Of a stretch of DNA of 64,000 bases, positions 35,501 to 47,500 are shown piece by piece (positions within the stretch are counted from its first letter, which is position 1; every line of letters starts with the position of its first letter). Below the pieces are notes generated by a model. The model was not told the origin of the DNA, ran no database searches, and saw nothing but the letters and a program-made list of their open reading frames with translations. This stretch comes from Mizuhopecten yessoensis (Eukaryota): the NCBI RefSeq assembly GCF_002113885.1, contig NW_018408551.1, positions 328,033 to 392,032 on the forward strand, given 5' to 3'. A program made the translations under genes and the position numbers.

Positions 35501-38500
35501 ATTAGAATATTCAAATTTACTTCCATAAGTCTCAACAAATATCTGATGATGAATTTACGAGTGTTCGTATCGAATTAAGTTGCCGCCATCTTGTTTACAT
35601 TTGAGGCACCAAACGCAAACATCTTACGGCAAATGCGAAAACTTTAAGTCACATAATAAAAAAGTGTGCTCTGCACAACTAAAATTCTTTCTTCCAAACT
35701 GATGGGTTCTGATTTTAGCGACAATTAATTGTTTTGTCGCGACTGTCTCGTGCGATAACCAACTAAACATAAGACAGGTTACGTCAGCGTCTCTTGTCGT
35801 GTGTACACGACAACAGGGATGAGACGGCCCATTATTTTGTCGTCTGTACACGACAACGGGGACCAGGATGACATATTGTTGTCGTGTGTACACGACAACG
35901 GTACGGAAAGAGTTAAGACGGCAGATTCGTTAGTTGTCGATATTTTATACAACAAATATGAAATTTAGGCCACTAATTATTGGAAAGATACCTTGATAGG
36001 ATTTAACGAATGTGCAACAATAAGATATTTAATTATCGATTGCAAATAATGCAAAACTCTCGTTTCTTCATCAATTATTAGAACATGAAGTTATCTCGAC
36101 AAATATATCAAACCATCCGAAATTTTCCACGTCTAAGATCATAATATTGTAGTTCAGCGCATGGACAAAGTAGTGCCAGTTTATTTGTTTTATTAATTAA
36201 AAGTTTTAAATGCGATGAGAATATAAATGACAAAATGATCATCTCAAATTCATTCATTGCGTAATATGTAATGGTTACACGGTTATTCTCGAAGAGGACT
36301 TTGCTTACTTTGTAAAACTTCTGTCCGAAGCGTTTGCGAAACATTTGTAACAACACAATATGTTTAAATAAAAAGCTTACATGAATCCTCCCCGGCGGTA
36401 CCACTTCCGGCGGCTGGCGTATTACCGGTCCCAGGGGTGCTGCTTCTTGGACTTGTGACATGATCTGTTGTTGGTATTGTGGTTGGCATTGGTGTTGAAG
36501 GTTGTGTAGATGGTGGTGGTGATGTTGATTCTGGCGTTGTGATCAATGGCGTTGTCGTTGGTGAGCACTGAGGAATATTCGCTTTATTTATATAACCCTG
36601 TCCTCTAGACGTTCCACAGGCTAAAGTCAAGTTTGCTAATGGGTCTATAGCTGTAATATAAGACAGTATCAAGGTATCAATTCTTTTCAGGAGTTAGAAT
36701 ATTGTAAACAAAATTATGTTACAGGTGGGTTTTTAATTATAAGTTTTTTTACTTTCGTACTACATTTTCTTATCATGATGCATTTTACAGCATTTTTTTT
36801 TTTTTTTATAACAAAGTACACAGTAGATGTAATATTCAAGAGGAAGCATGATTAAATTAAACTAAACCTGTGATCAGAAGGAAGAATTTGCCAGCGTTAA
36901 TGCCAAGTGTGTTGTTCGCCTCAATTTCAAGATAGTAAGACTCGCTGTCATAGATGTAAGTCGGTATGAGGTCCGTATTTGATTCACAGCCAATGGAGGT
37001 CCTGTTTTCGCCATCTTTTATCGTCAATGATTGGCCACATACTCCGTTTTCAGAGATCAATATAAAATTAAGAGCACGAACGCGAAGTTGCGATACACAG
37101 GAAGCGGCCACAGAGCATGAGTACGAAGACATTTGTGTCATATTGCCATCCGGGTATCCAGTGTTCCAGAGAAACACTTCTGCGTCTGTTGTACTTGTAT
37201 TGCCACTGATTGTCTGTATGTCGTTTTCTAAGAAGAAACATGGAGATGATGAGACATTAATTCAACATCAAGAATATGTATTTTTTAGTTGTATTATAAA
37301 AAATGTACCCTTTTCTTTTTGTCGACAATTTTGATCATAATAAAAAACAAATCGAATTACATCATCATTACCTCACACGGCAAGAGGATGCCATGCCGTT
37401 TGTTTTTGTCAAATAGTCTGCTTGAATTAACATATCGGCTCCTATAAACCTATAAAAGTTTTGTTCATCTAACCCCTGCAAATATTTCTGCTTCTTCTTA
37501 TCATCATGATGTTATGATTTTAAATAAAACAACGTTTACCTGCCAAACAATAGAAATAGGCCACCATGTAGTTAGTCCGTTCTAGGAAAGAAGTAATACT
37601 GCAGTTCGGCGTCTCTACCCAGGCAACAGGCGTCGTAATGCACGTCGTTTTACCGTCACAATTCTTATAATATTCTTGATGACTATGTCCCTCATATTTC
37701 ATTCCACAGTCGTTCTCGTCGAACGTGCAACATGAAGAGGGCACGGTCAGTGACGTCATAACTGTTGGACAGCCAGACGATAACGGCTTGGCGTAGGCAA
37801 ACACAGACTCCATGACAATCGTTTCTCCGGAGGCACATGACCCCTTGATAAAATTGTCGTCGGTGTTACCGTAACAGGCAGAATAACTTTGAAGTTGAGC
37901 TCCATAACCATACCCTGAAAAAGAGAATTTCGGCGAATGGTGATTGCATTTTTCAAATCTAATTTACCAAACTAAGTGCAAATCGAATCATAATAACATT
38001 TGGTGAACACATTTCACGGAAAAGGTTCTTTGATAAAGAAATTGTACTTTCGATACAAGTACCTAACTTTGAATTTTATGTTAAGCCATTAAGGTACAAC
38101 TGAACAAATAGTTCGAAACGAATATGTGCCTTTTTCATTTATACCGTTAGATTATGAAATTCAGGAGACGAAAAAGGATTATGGTTATTTAAACTGCTTT
38201 ATTAACTGTATAACATATTGAACGTTAACGCATATACATATGCATTGGATTTCTGACGATCATGAAAATGTATTGTAAGAATTTTTTAAGAATGATTATT
38301 TACCTAATTTATTAACACATATTATAAGGTATCTGTGTATACACTTAAGTTCATGTGGTGTTCAGAATAGAAAATTATTATCAAATCTGCCAGCTGAATA
38401 AGAAGCAGTAACCTAAATAATGACCGTCAGAAAGATTATCTTACTGAGTCCTCTGCATGTTCTTGTGGTTCTAGATTTGAAACAGCATCTCATTACTTCC

Positions 38501-39520
38501 ATGATTGTATCAAATACACTGAAGATCGTATTGTACTTTTTCAGAATATATTCCATGAAACTCACAAACATTTGTCATTAGATGTCATGCTAAATGGTTG
38601 TGAGAGATGTGATGAAAATGAAAACAAACATATTCTCCAATTATATCCAATTACATTTTAAGTTCTAGAAGATTCAGGACATTTAACTTCAATTTTGAAT
38701 GAAATTTTATATTTTATTTATTAACACTTTATTTATTTATTTACATTTTATTTTTTCTCAATGTAATTCTTCTGATTTCCAAAAATGGTACATGAATATT
38801 AATATTAATATTTCCTATTTGTCTTCATTGTTTATTTCTAAATATTGTTAGTGAGGGGGGCTGGGGTTTAGTAGACCAGTTATACTATTTTATCAAAAAT
38901 ATTGGGAAACAACTACATAAATAAGAATATAAAGCTTTACAACATGTCAATTATATATATCTAACCTGTGTTTAATATGCATAAACTAAACTATTTGATG
39001 GGATTGAATTTCCAAACTCATCAGTGGATGGCCTTGTGTGATACAATGGACTTTTTGGCCTGTATCTGTTGGGTGCGGTAATTTAATCCCATCAAATGTT
39101 TATACATACAGCTCCATCAACAAATTATTTTTCTCTTCTCTTCATAGTATGTATATATATATAGTATATGTCTTTTTCGGTATCAAAATAAAAGGTTGGA
39201 ATTTAAACCATTATATTCAATTATAATAAAAATGAGTATTATTAGTTGTTTATCCTAATTTGATTATTAATTTGATAATACCAACTTATTTATATGTGTT
39301 TGTATGTGTTCTAATGTCTATGTCTATGCTTGTACCACTGTCTGTTACTATGTTTGGAAAGGGCTTAAATAGGCTATGCCTGCTGCCCAATCCATTTGTC
39401 CTTTGACAATAAAATTTATTGAAATTGAAATTAAGAAGCATGCACGATTCTGTCTGAAGGTGATGTCAATAACGGGTAGGTCACAAACTTAAATGAGAAC
39501 AAAATATGCGGCAAAGACAT
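32504..39520 (-). CDS. Copy B: type-I membrane protein, SUEL/Gal-lectin-like + CUB-like + Thr/Pro stalk + TM + basic coiled-coil tail (~637 aa)
   Basis: Confident in-phase exons: 37914-37540, 37227-36868, 36650-36381, 33708-33605 (YIWIIVVVIVVLILVIILILLLCRDK), 33208-32504 (stop). Tentative 5' exons 39520-39489 + 38412-38345 give a hydrophobic leader MSLPHILFSFKLLLLIQLADLIIIFY. Same downstream exon phases (1,1,1,1,0) as copy A. Confidence 0.82.
35113..35912. mobile_element. Non-autonomous piggyBac-type MITE (800 bp) in copy B intron
   Basis: TTAA on both sides (35109-35112, 35913-35916), 14-bp TIRs ctctttccgtaccg / cggtacggaaagag, and three subterminal quasi-palindromes ttgtcgt(g/c)tgtacacgacaa near the right end. 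Confidence 0.88.
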
Positions 39521-42358
39521 GATAAGTTGTCAGACCGACTCCAATACATTTCGTGTATGCTGTATAGTAGTGGTGTACTCGCCAGCCTTCACTTTTGTTA
39601 TTGTTCACAATGAGTGTGACGTTGTTCCTACACTACTACATATTTGTATTTCTTTTTTATATTTTAAAGGTTTTGTAATATATCGCACGTGAGGTCTTTT
39701 CTTTGAGCCGTGTACTAGGTACCACATTTTCACCGTAAACCAGGAAGTGATTCACATGTAACCAGGGCAACTACCTGCCATTGACACTCCTTATAACTGC
39801 TAGGAAGCTCATTTTAAGTCGTTTATTGGTAATCATAAATTACATTGAAAACAAAACAAATAGAGTCTCTAAATTACTACCATCCGGGCAAACTTGTGCA
39901 TTCAATTCATATCAAATTGCACCTGATTAAATGCAATGTTTAAATTACAGAACTTAATGCACATAGGTATATAAATTCGTAATACTAGCTTATCAACACT
40001 AGCAAACAATTTACCTACTAATCATTAGCTGCAACGATAGGTACTTACCGTTAAACAGTTTTATAAAACGGGAAATCTTACTAAACGTCAGTAACTATAT
40101 ATAATAAATGGTTGTTTGTGATTAATGAACTTAACCAATTAACAGTTTGTACAACAGTTGTATACGAATAAATAATTACCAATTTACAGTGGTATACAAG
40201 TATAAAAATCAATTCGTATAATTTACAGTGGTATACAAATCAGTTCTTACCAATTTACAGTTGTAGTAAGAACACCTCATACCAATTAATAGTTGTATTG
40301 TTACTTAATGCTTATAAACATATCAATATTTACCAATGAAGAATGGGATGCACGTCACGATGAATCCAACAATCAGGAGCCGATTACATGGTGGCATATC
40401 GGAGAAACTGCTAATCCTTACATGTAGGGCAGTGACAAACCAGAAGGCTAGTCTACGTACACACGACCATGCTCACACCCATACTACACACCATAACTAC
40501 TCCCACTGTCGACTGTGTAGGGTTTTGTTCAGTATATTTAAACGGATATACGATACTTACGGTTAATTGGGGATGTGCACGTACAGCAAGATGTTTTTAA
40601 TTTTCAGAGCAAAACTAAATGTGCATATACTTTTGAATACACAATCAGTCCCTATTCAGAGTATATGTGGTGGTGCATTGTTGAGTAGGTCTTGGCATCA
40701 ATATTAAAATCTATAGTATCACCGACATGGAAATTCTGATATGTACAAGTACAAAGCGAGTTAAACGTATAATGGTATTGCGTATATCCTGGTAACAAGT
40801 TGGTGTGTAGTGGTTAATAGTCAACTACGACTGATACACAGTCAGTTCAAACAATCTGAAAATGGGTCGATAATTCAATCTTTCAGATCAACACTGATTA
40901 TTTGTTTTCCTGAACAGTGGGATTAGTCACGGGATTCGGGCAATTAAATATGATGATCCTAGGAACATTATACATGTGTATGTCTATATACCATGCCTAT
41001 AAGTGCCCTCTTCTAACTATAATAAATAGTTTACATACGTCATATTGTAGTAATGATAAAGTATATGTATATGTTTTGATAATTGCATGTCATTATGTTT
41101 TGAAAACTGTTTATACAGAAACTAGAATACTTATTTTCATATTGATAACGAGTCTTTGAAATCAGTAAAGAAGGCATGACAAAATACTGATGATCTATAA
41201 AATCTTTTCAGTTTTAGTAATATCTTTACAACGAATACATCGATACGTATCTCTTCTTCAATATTGAATAAACATCACATTTTACAGATAAACGGAAGAA
41301 AGGTAACCGCTAATTGCAGATAACCTCATAGAGTAAAATGACAATCATACACTGTAACCAGAGTAGTAAGAAGCCTCCCCAATTGAAAACCATGGGGTTT
41401 TAGTGTGTTAAACATCGTGTGGATGTTATAGGCAAACTTTCCTGGATTTGTGCGTACAGGAAAACATTATTTCGAAGTAACTGATTTTATCGCCGAGTTT
41501 TGGCGTCATGATGCCAACCCTTTTTTTCGGTCACTTCAATTCATATTGGTGTTAACCGTATCACCTAACAGTTTCGATTTAGTCTTTTAGTATTGATTCC
41601 GTAGTTTATTTTTTATTTTACCTTAGGTCAAAGGTACCATGCCGCAAATCTTCGCTCTTTTTTCCTGTTAAATCGGATAACTCGTATTTTTCTTATATAG
41701 CAAACGTGATTACCTTTCCGTTGTGGAAGTAAAACGTGTCAAAGATGTACAATATAAAATAAGAATTTCATCTTATTTTCTTATATGCCGTAAAGAATTC
41801 GGTATTATACATAATGTTAATATATACAGACACGTACAATGTAAAACGTGGTCGGACAAGCAGGTAGACAGGTAAAAGCTGACAGCCAATCAACCTCTCA
41901 ATAAAGTGAAAGTATATTTCGAGAATTCTTAGAGCAATGGAATGCGCTTAAGGAGGAAAAGAATCTGTCCACCAGTTACGAGGCTTTTACTTGACGGGTG
42001 AGAACTGAATTTTCTAAGAGTAACACGCAGAAAGTTTATTGTGTTAACATTACCTCTGACCCAGTCGAAGATATATTCGTTTGGTTTTGCTCTCGTGACA
42101 TCTAGTGAATTCGCTTGTAAATAAAAATAACGTTAACATGGCCTTAACCCTGCCTCTGCTGGAATAAGCAGCTGTGGGGAAAAGGTCGCGCAAGGCTTTA
42201 CTTGACATATATATAAGTAAGCTTTTTAAACCAATATCCTGATAGTATTTATGGAATATTACGACTGCAGTTTTAACCACATTTTCTCCCACTTTCAACC
42301 AAGCAGCTTCACATGATGCTATCCCTATGATTTGACGTACGTATACATAATTCGATGT

Positions 42359-42580
42359 GGTCGGTTGGCGCAGTGGATATCGCACTCGCCATTTACGGCC
42401 GGGGTTCGATTCCCCGATTGGACGTGAAAAGGTGTGGGTTTACCTGCCCGACTTCGTCTGTTTTCTTCGGGTACTCCGGTTTCCTCTCACATCAAGACAA
42501 CCAGCGTGTTAACACCAGGGCCAACAGGAGTGATTAATATAAGTTTTAATGACTTGTTACGTAATTGTTGTAAATTAAAT
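42359..42580 (+). mobile_element. tRNA-derived SINE with V-domain-like core
   Basis: A box tggcgcagtgg (42366-42376), B box ggttcgattcc (42403-42413), and cgggtactccggtttcctc.cac core. Confidence 0.75.
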
Positions 42581-44544
42581 AACCTTAATATATTCTATGA
42601 TTAGAAAACAAATAAAAATACCGAACTTAAAAACCTAAAATGGTCAGTGTTTACCTCTTTTCTCTCCTCGATTTGTAATTATGTAAGCATGTAACTACTG
42701 CAAAAATGTTTCCTTACACGCATCTGTTTATTTCTCGGTTTGTAATTTCGTAAGCGTGTATGTTACCACAGAGTGAATAGCTATATATCACGTGGAACAA
42801 CGATATTAACAAACAGTCTGGCCAATTTCTATAGACTCATTACAATAGAGACACTGTTATGTGAATAACGTAATGAGTCAGGTATCATCGCGTCGCAATG
42901 TATGTAGTCCAATCGATTATTAGATAAATTCACCGACCAGGAAGTTAAAATATATACAATGAAAATCAATATATATACTTCAAATTACAAGCGACACAAG
43001 AAATTATGACGCTGATGTTATTCGACAAATATTTATTAAACATTCAAAAGTAATATATATATATATTTATATGTTATACATTCATTATTTGAATCACAGT
43101 TATATATAGTGACGTTATAAATCAATACGATAAATATTTCGAAAACTTCATACCGGTACGTAACGTCTTTTTATTGATAAGTGACGAATTATAGCGTATA
43201 TTGATTGTGTGTTAACTTAATATTGTTATAATGTATAATAAATATTTTATTTGTATAATCAAAAGTCACTTTGAAATCAAAAATAATTCATTAAGAAGTA
43301 GATTATGGTTTCTTTCAAAAACAATAACAAATGGAAACAAGAAAGGAAAAATATATTCCTTTTTTAAATCACAAATAGCATATCTAAAAGTATATGATTA
43401 ACAATAACAAAAAAGAAATATATAAAAAGAAAAATTAAAATGATAACCTCTAAGTAAATACAACATATTTGCATTCGACAACTATAAACAAAACATTCAA
43501 GAGAAATATATTTATATATATATATTTATTATCATTTAAAGCAAAATTGTATAGAGTAACTTATTATAAATCTTCTGTCTGCAAAATACATTAAAAACGT
43601 ATACAAGTAAAGAACTATAGCGAAGATTGAAATATTCTTGACTAATACAATTATAGGGAGTGTTACATGCGTTACGTTTCAATACACATTTGTGAACACT
43701 ATGCGAACATCACACATGAATTAGCATGATCATAAATAGCAAGCAGATCAGTTTTGTTTAAAAGTGCTCGATTAAATAGGAATTCCCGCCCACCTCCCAA
43801 TTAAACGCAAGAATATTATATATTGCAGAACATGTGTGACTGACAATATTCCCTGGTAAGACAGATATTAATGGCAGCATGCCATTTTTTCTGTTAAGTG
43901 TCATATAATACTTTTAAAAGTGTTACAAGGAAGTTCGTATAGGATATTTCACAACCACTCATAGACCAGGAAGTTTATTAACACATGTATCACAAAACAT
44001 ACTTCTGTCTGTGATACAAAAGATTTTGGCACTGAATTGTCCAACATGGGGAACTAAAGCCAAATATACAAGACACAACACAATTACGACCGATACTTCT
44101 AATCTGAAACCTTCGGAACAAATAGTGTATAAGATATATTGTGTTTATTACTATGACGCACCTAAATGAATCAAATTTTCGATGGGCCGTAACAAACCAA
44201 AAGACATATTTATCAATTTGATATATCACAGAAACAAAAACGACGAAGAAAATTAGCCAATGACTAGAAACCTAGATCGGCGTGAACGGACACCACACCG
44301 AATGCCTCCATATATGATGATTGCAGTCATATATCATTTACAAAAAATAGAAACAATTAAAAACATAATGCTAGCTATTTTATAGCAAACATGTTTATCG
44401 TTTTTAAACTTTGGTTTTGACACGTGTCTCATTATGTAGCATAACGTCTCTAACAATAATTGATATCGAACTATACATTTGTGCTTTCAAAGCAAAATTT
44501 ACCATTGTTTCTATACGCCGGAGTACGAAGGTCCAGTGTTTGTA

Positions 44545-47500
44545 CTAGGTCACTGTAACCACGTCTATAGTTACAGATGTAGACTTTATAGATGTCCTAA
44601 GATCATCGATCTGTGTAACCTCAAACGCATCATTTTTCTTCTTTTTGTCACCTTTGTGCTTCCTTTTCTTCTTGTGTTTATGTTTACCTGTCTTTGTACC
44701 TTTTTGTGATTCTGCCTTTCCCCCTTTCCCCTCAGAAATTGACGTTTGGGTAATTGGAGAAAGTTTCTGCCTTCCATTTAAAGCAGGAAGAGGGAGAGAA
44801 CTCATAAATTGGGACACAGGGGCCACTTGAGATAATACCGGTTTCTCAAAGGAGGCAAATAGAGCACATTCATCCGATTCAGGAGGGCTCGTTTCTGTAT
44901 CGGGATGTATAGCAGACTGGAATGAAAACAAATGCATATATTTTCGAAAGCAGTTGTAACAAATACATGAATAAATGCATAGAAAATGTATGGAGTATTG
45001 TCATTGGCTTTTCTACAGAACGGGTTTAATAAAGAACGGATATATAATAATTTATATATAATGCATAGTTATAAATCTTGGCAAATCGATCATCGTACCA
45101 TTGATGCTACAATTTAATGACAACATTGTCTGGCAACATTCTTCCTCTGCATCGGGCTTGCATAACATGAAAAGTTTGATGACCGAATCGTGAATGAGCT
45201 ACTTAATAAACAGGCAGGCATAATATGAGTGGGTGGTGGTCTCCTTGTAAGAAGATTGAAAGATTTGTCTCACAGGAAACAAGCATGTTCTACATAATTT
45301 GCGAGTGCTTATTATCTCAAACAACCAATGTTTACAAACATCGATACTTACCTTGCACTTTTTGAAATACAGGTCCTTTATTCTATTCTTGCAGAGGACC
45401 AATACGATAAGAATCACAAAGAGTACCACCAGAACGACAAGAGGGATGACCCAGAGAGCTTGAAAAGAAACAGGATAGAAATCATTAATTTTGACGTCTA
45501 ACTTTAGAGGATTTGTTAAAAGCAACCAATGATGCTATCTGAACAAATAGAAAGCGCTTGAAAATATCCATTTTTTCTTAAAGTGTTTTTTTGCACAACT
45601 GCTATACGTTTTGTAACACTTGGCCATTTTCAATTGATTGGGTCTCACTGTGTAATTAGTCTACGTGGAATGACATGAAGAAACTTTGTGATGTCATACT
45701 TGAATTGGGATGTCATATTTTACATAATATATAACGCATTATCAGCGGATTCTTTGGCACCAACTTCTGACAGCAGACTGTATTACGTACGCCGTCATCC
45801 TTCTGTAAAACATCTGAAGTTCGGGTCGGAGAAAACTTTCCAAAATATGTTCATCAAACCATGCGATTGGTAGCAGAAAAGATGGGTTCTTTGCAATTTT
45901 GATATCTTATGGGAGAAACGAGATATGTTGAAGTCATATCGAAACTCAAATTTTCCTTTTCAATAGACAATTCTTAAATTGATTTAATTCTACAATACAA
46001 TCACATGCGTCGTTGATATTTAGCAGAAACAAATTTTAACATTCCAATAAATTAGAGAGTTGAACCATGTCAGAATAGAACTTACGTATTCCTCCTTCAT
46101 CTACTGGTAATTGTGTTGGTGCTGGGGCTAGAACATTTGGTGTTAGTCCCAACGAAAGCGTTGTTTTGATGTTATTGTGAGAGGATGTTATTGTTCCGGT
46201 GTTATTGTCAGTGGTGTTGCCAGTGGATACTGTTGTTGTATCGGTAGTATCGTCCGTGGATGTTGTTATGTCAGTGGTGTTGCCAGTGGATACTGTTGTT
46301 GTATCGGTAGTATTGTCCGTGGATGTTGTTATGTCAGTGGTGTTGCCAGTGGATACTGTTGAGGTATCGGTAGTATTGTCCGTAGACACTGTGGTTGTAT
46401 CGGTAGTTTTGTCCGTGGTTGTTGTTGTATTAGAACAAGCAGGCAGATCTTCAGCCGGTACCTTTCCTTCCCCTACAGATGTTCCACACGCTAACGTCAC
46501 AGTATCATCACCATGGTCGCCTGTATTATATATTAATCTTGAATCAGTAACATATACAGTTAAAGTACTTTTAAAAAGTACATAAAAAGGAAATGCATGT
46601 TGGTAGAAATTATAAAAGGTTGTCAAACAGAATATACCCGTTTTTACCGAAGATGTTAACAGTTGCCAATAATTTTAATTAACGCTATAGAAATGAAATC
46701 TTCAAGTTTTTAATAAGACACTATGAAAATATTAATCAACCTTAATCAAAGTATACGTACTTCCAATCTGGAGAAGAAAATACCCAGAGTCCGTATTCAA
46801 AGTGTTGTTTACTTGTATTTCGAGATAATGAGTATTGTTTCCGATATTCAGGTCGTAGGGAAGGTAGTTGGTGTTCGAATCACACATTAAAACTTGTGTG
46901 TTGGTTCCGTCTGTTATGGTCAGCGATTGTCCACAAATTCCCCCGTTTTCCGTAAAATTTAAATTAAGGGCTCGTATTTTGAGACTCGTGGCACACGATG
47001 CTGATACAGAACATTTGTATGACGAGTTTGCTGGCAAAGTGCCAGTGTCGTTGCCAGACTCATACCCAGGATTCAGCAGTAGGGCAGTAGTGGTGTTGAC
47101 ACTTCCGTCATCACTTACGTCCTTCACATCATTTTCTGAAAAGGAGATACACGTAAATCTTACCGACTTTAAATGCCCGAAGCGCTAAAACATCAATACT
47201 ATTGATTGTTAACATAGGGTTTCCTTTGTAACGCCAAATAAGAATTCATGGACAGAATATAATGAAAAATAAAACGTTGGTTAAGATCCTTTGTATCAAC
47301 TAAAGTCTAGTAACATCTTTTGATTTTTGCGCTTGATATTTATTAATAAATAATAATAATAATTCGGGGTTCTTTTTTACCGTTTTATCACAACCTAGTT
47401 CGTAGGTCGTCTCAAAGCGGTTCACACATTATTATCCGTGGTTATAGGGCCTTTGCAACCAGCCAATATCTTTCTCAACTCCATGGGGAGCATACAGCCG

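Noticed and set aside
38413-38502. Alternative first exon for copy B (MEVMRCCFKSRTTRTCRGL, phase-1 donor a|gtaaga)
   Set aside because: In frame but gives no hydrophobic leader for a type-I protein; the two-exon leader was preferred, though unresolved without transcripts.
42359-42420. Possible tRNA gene (A and B boxes); likewise 47630-47693
   Set aside because: No complete cloverleaf, and each is followed by SINE core and tail sequence.
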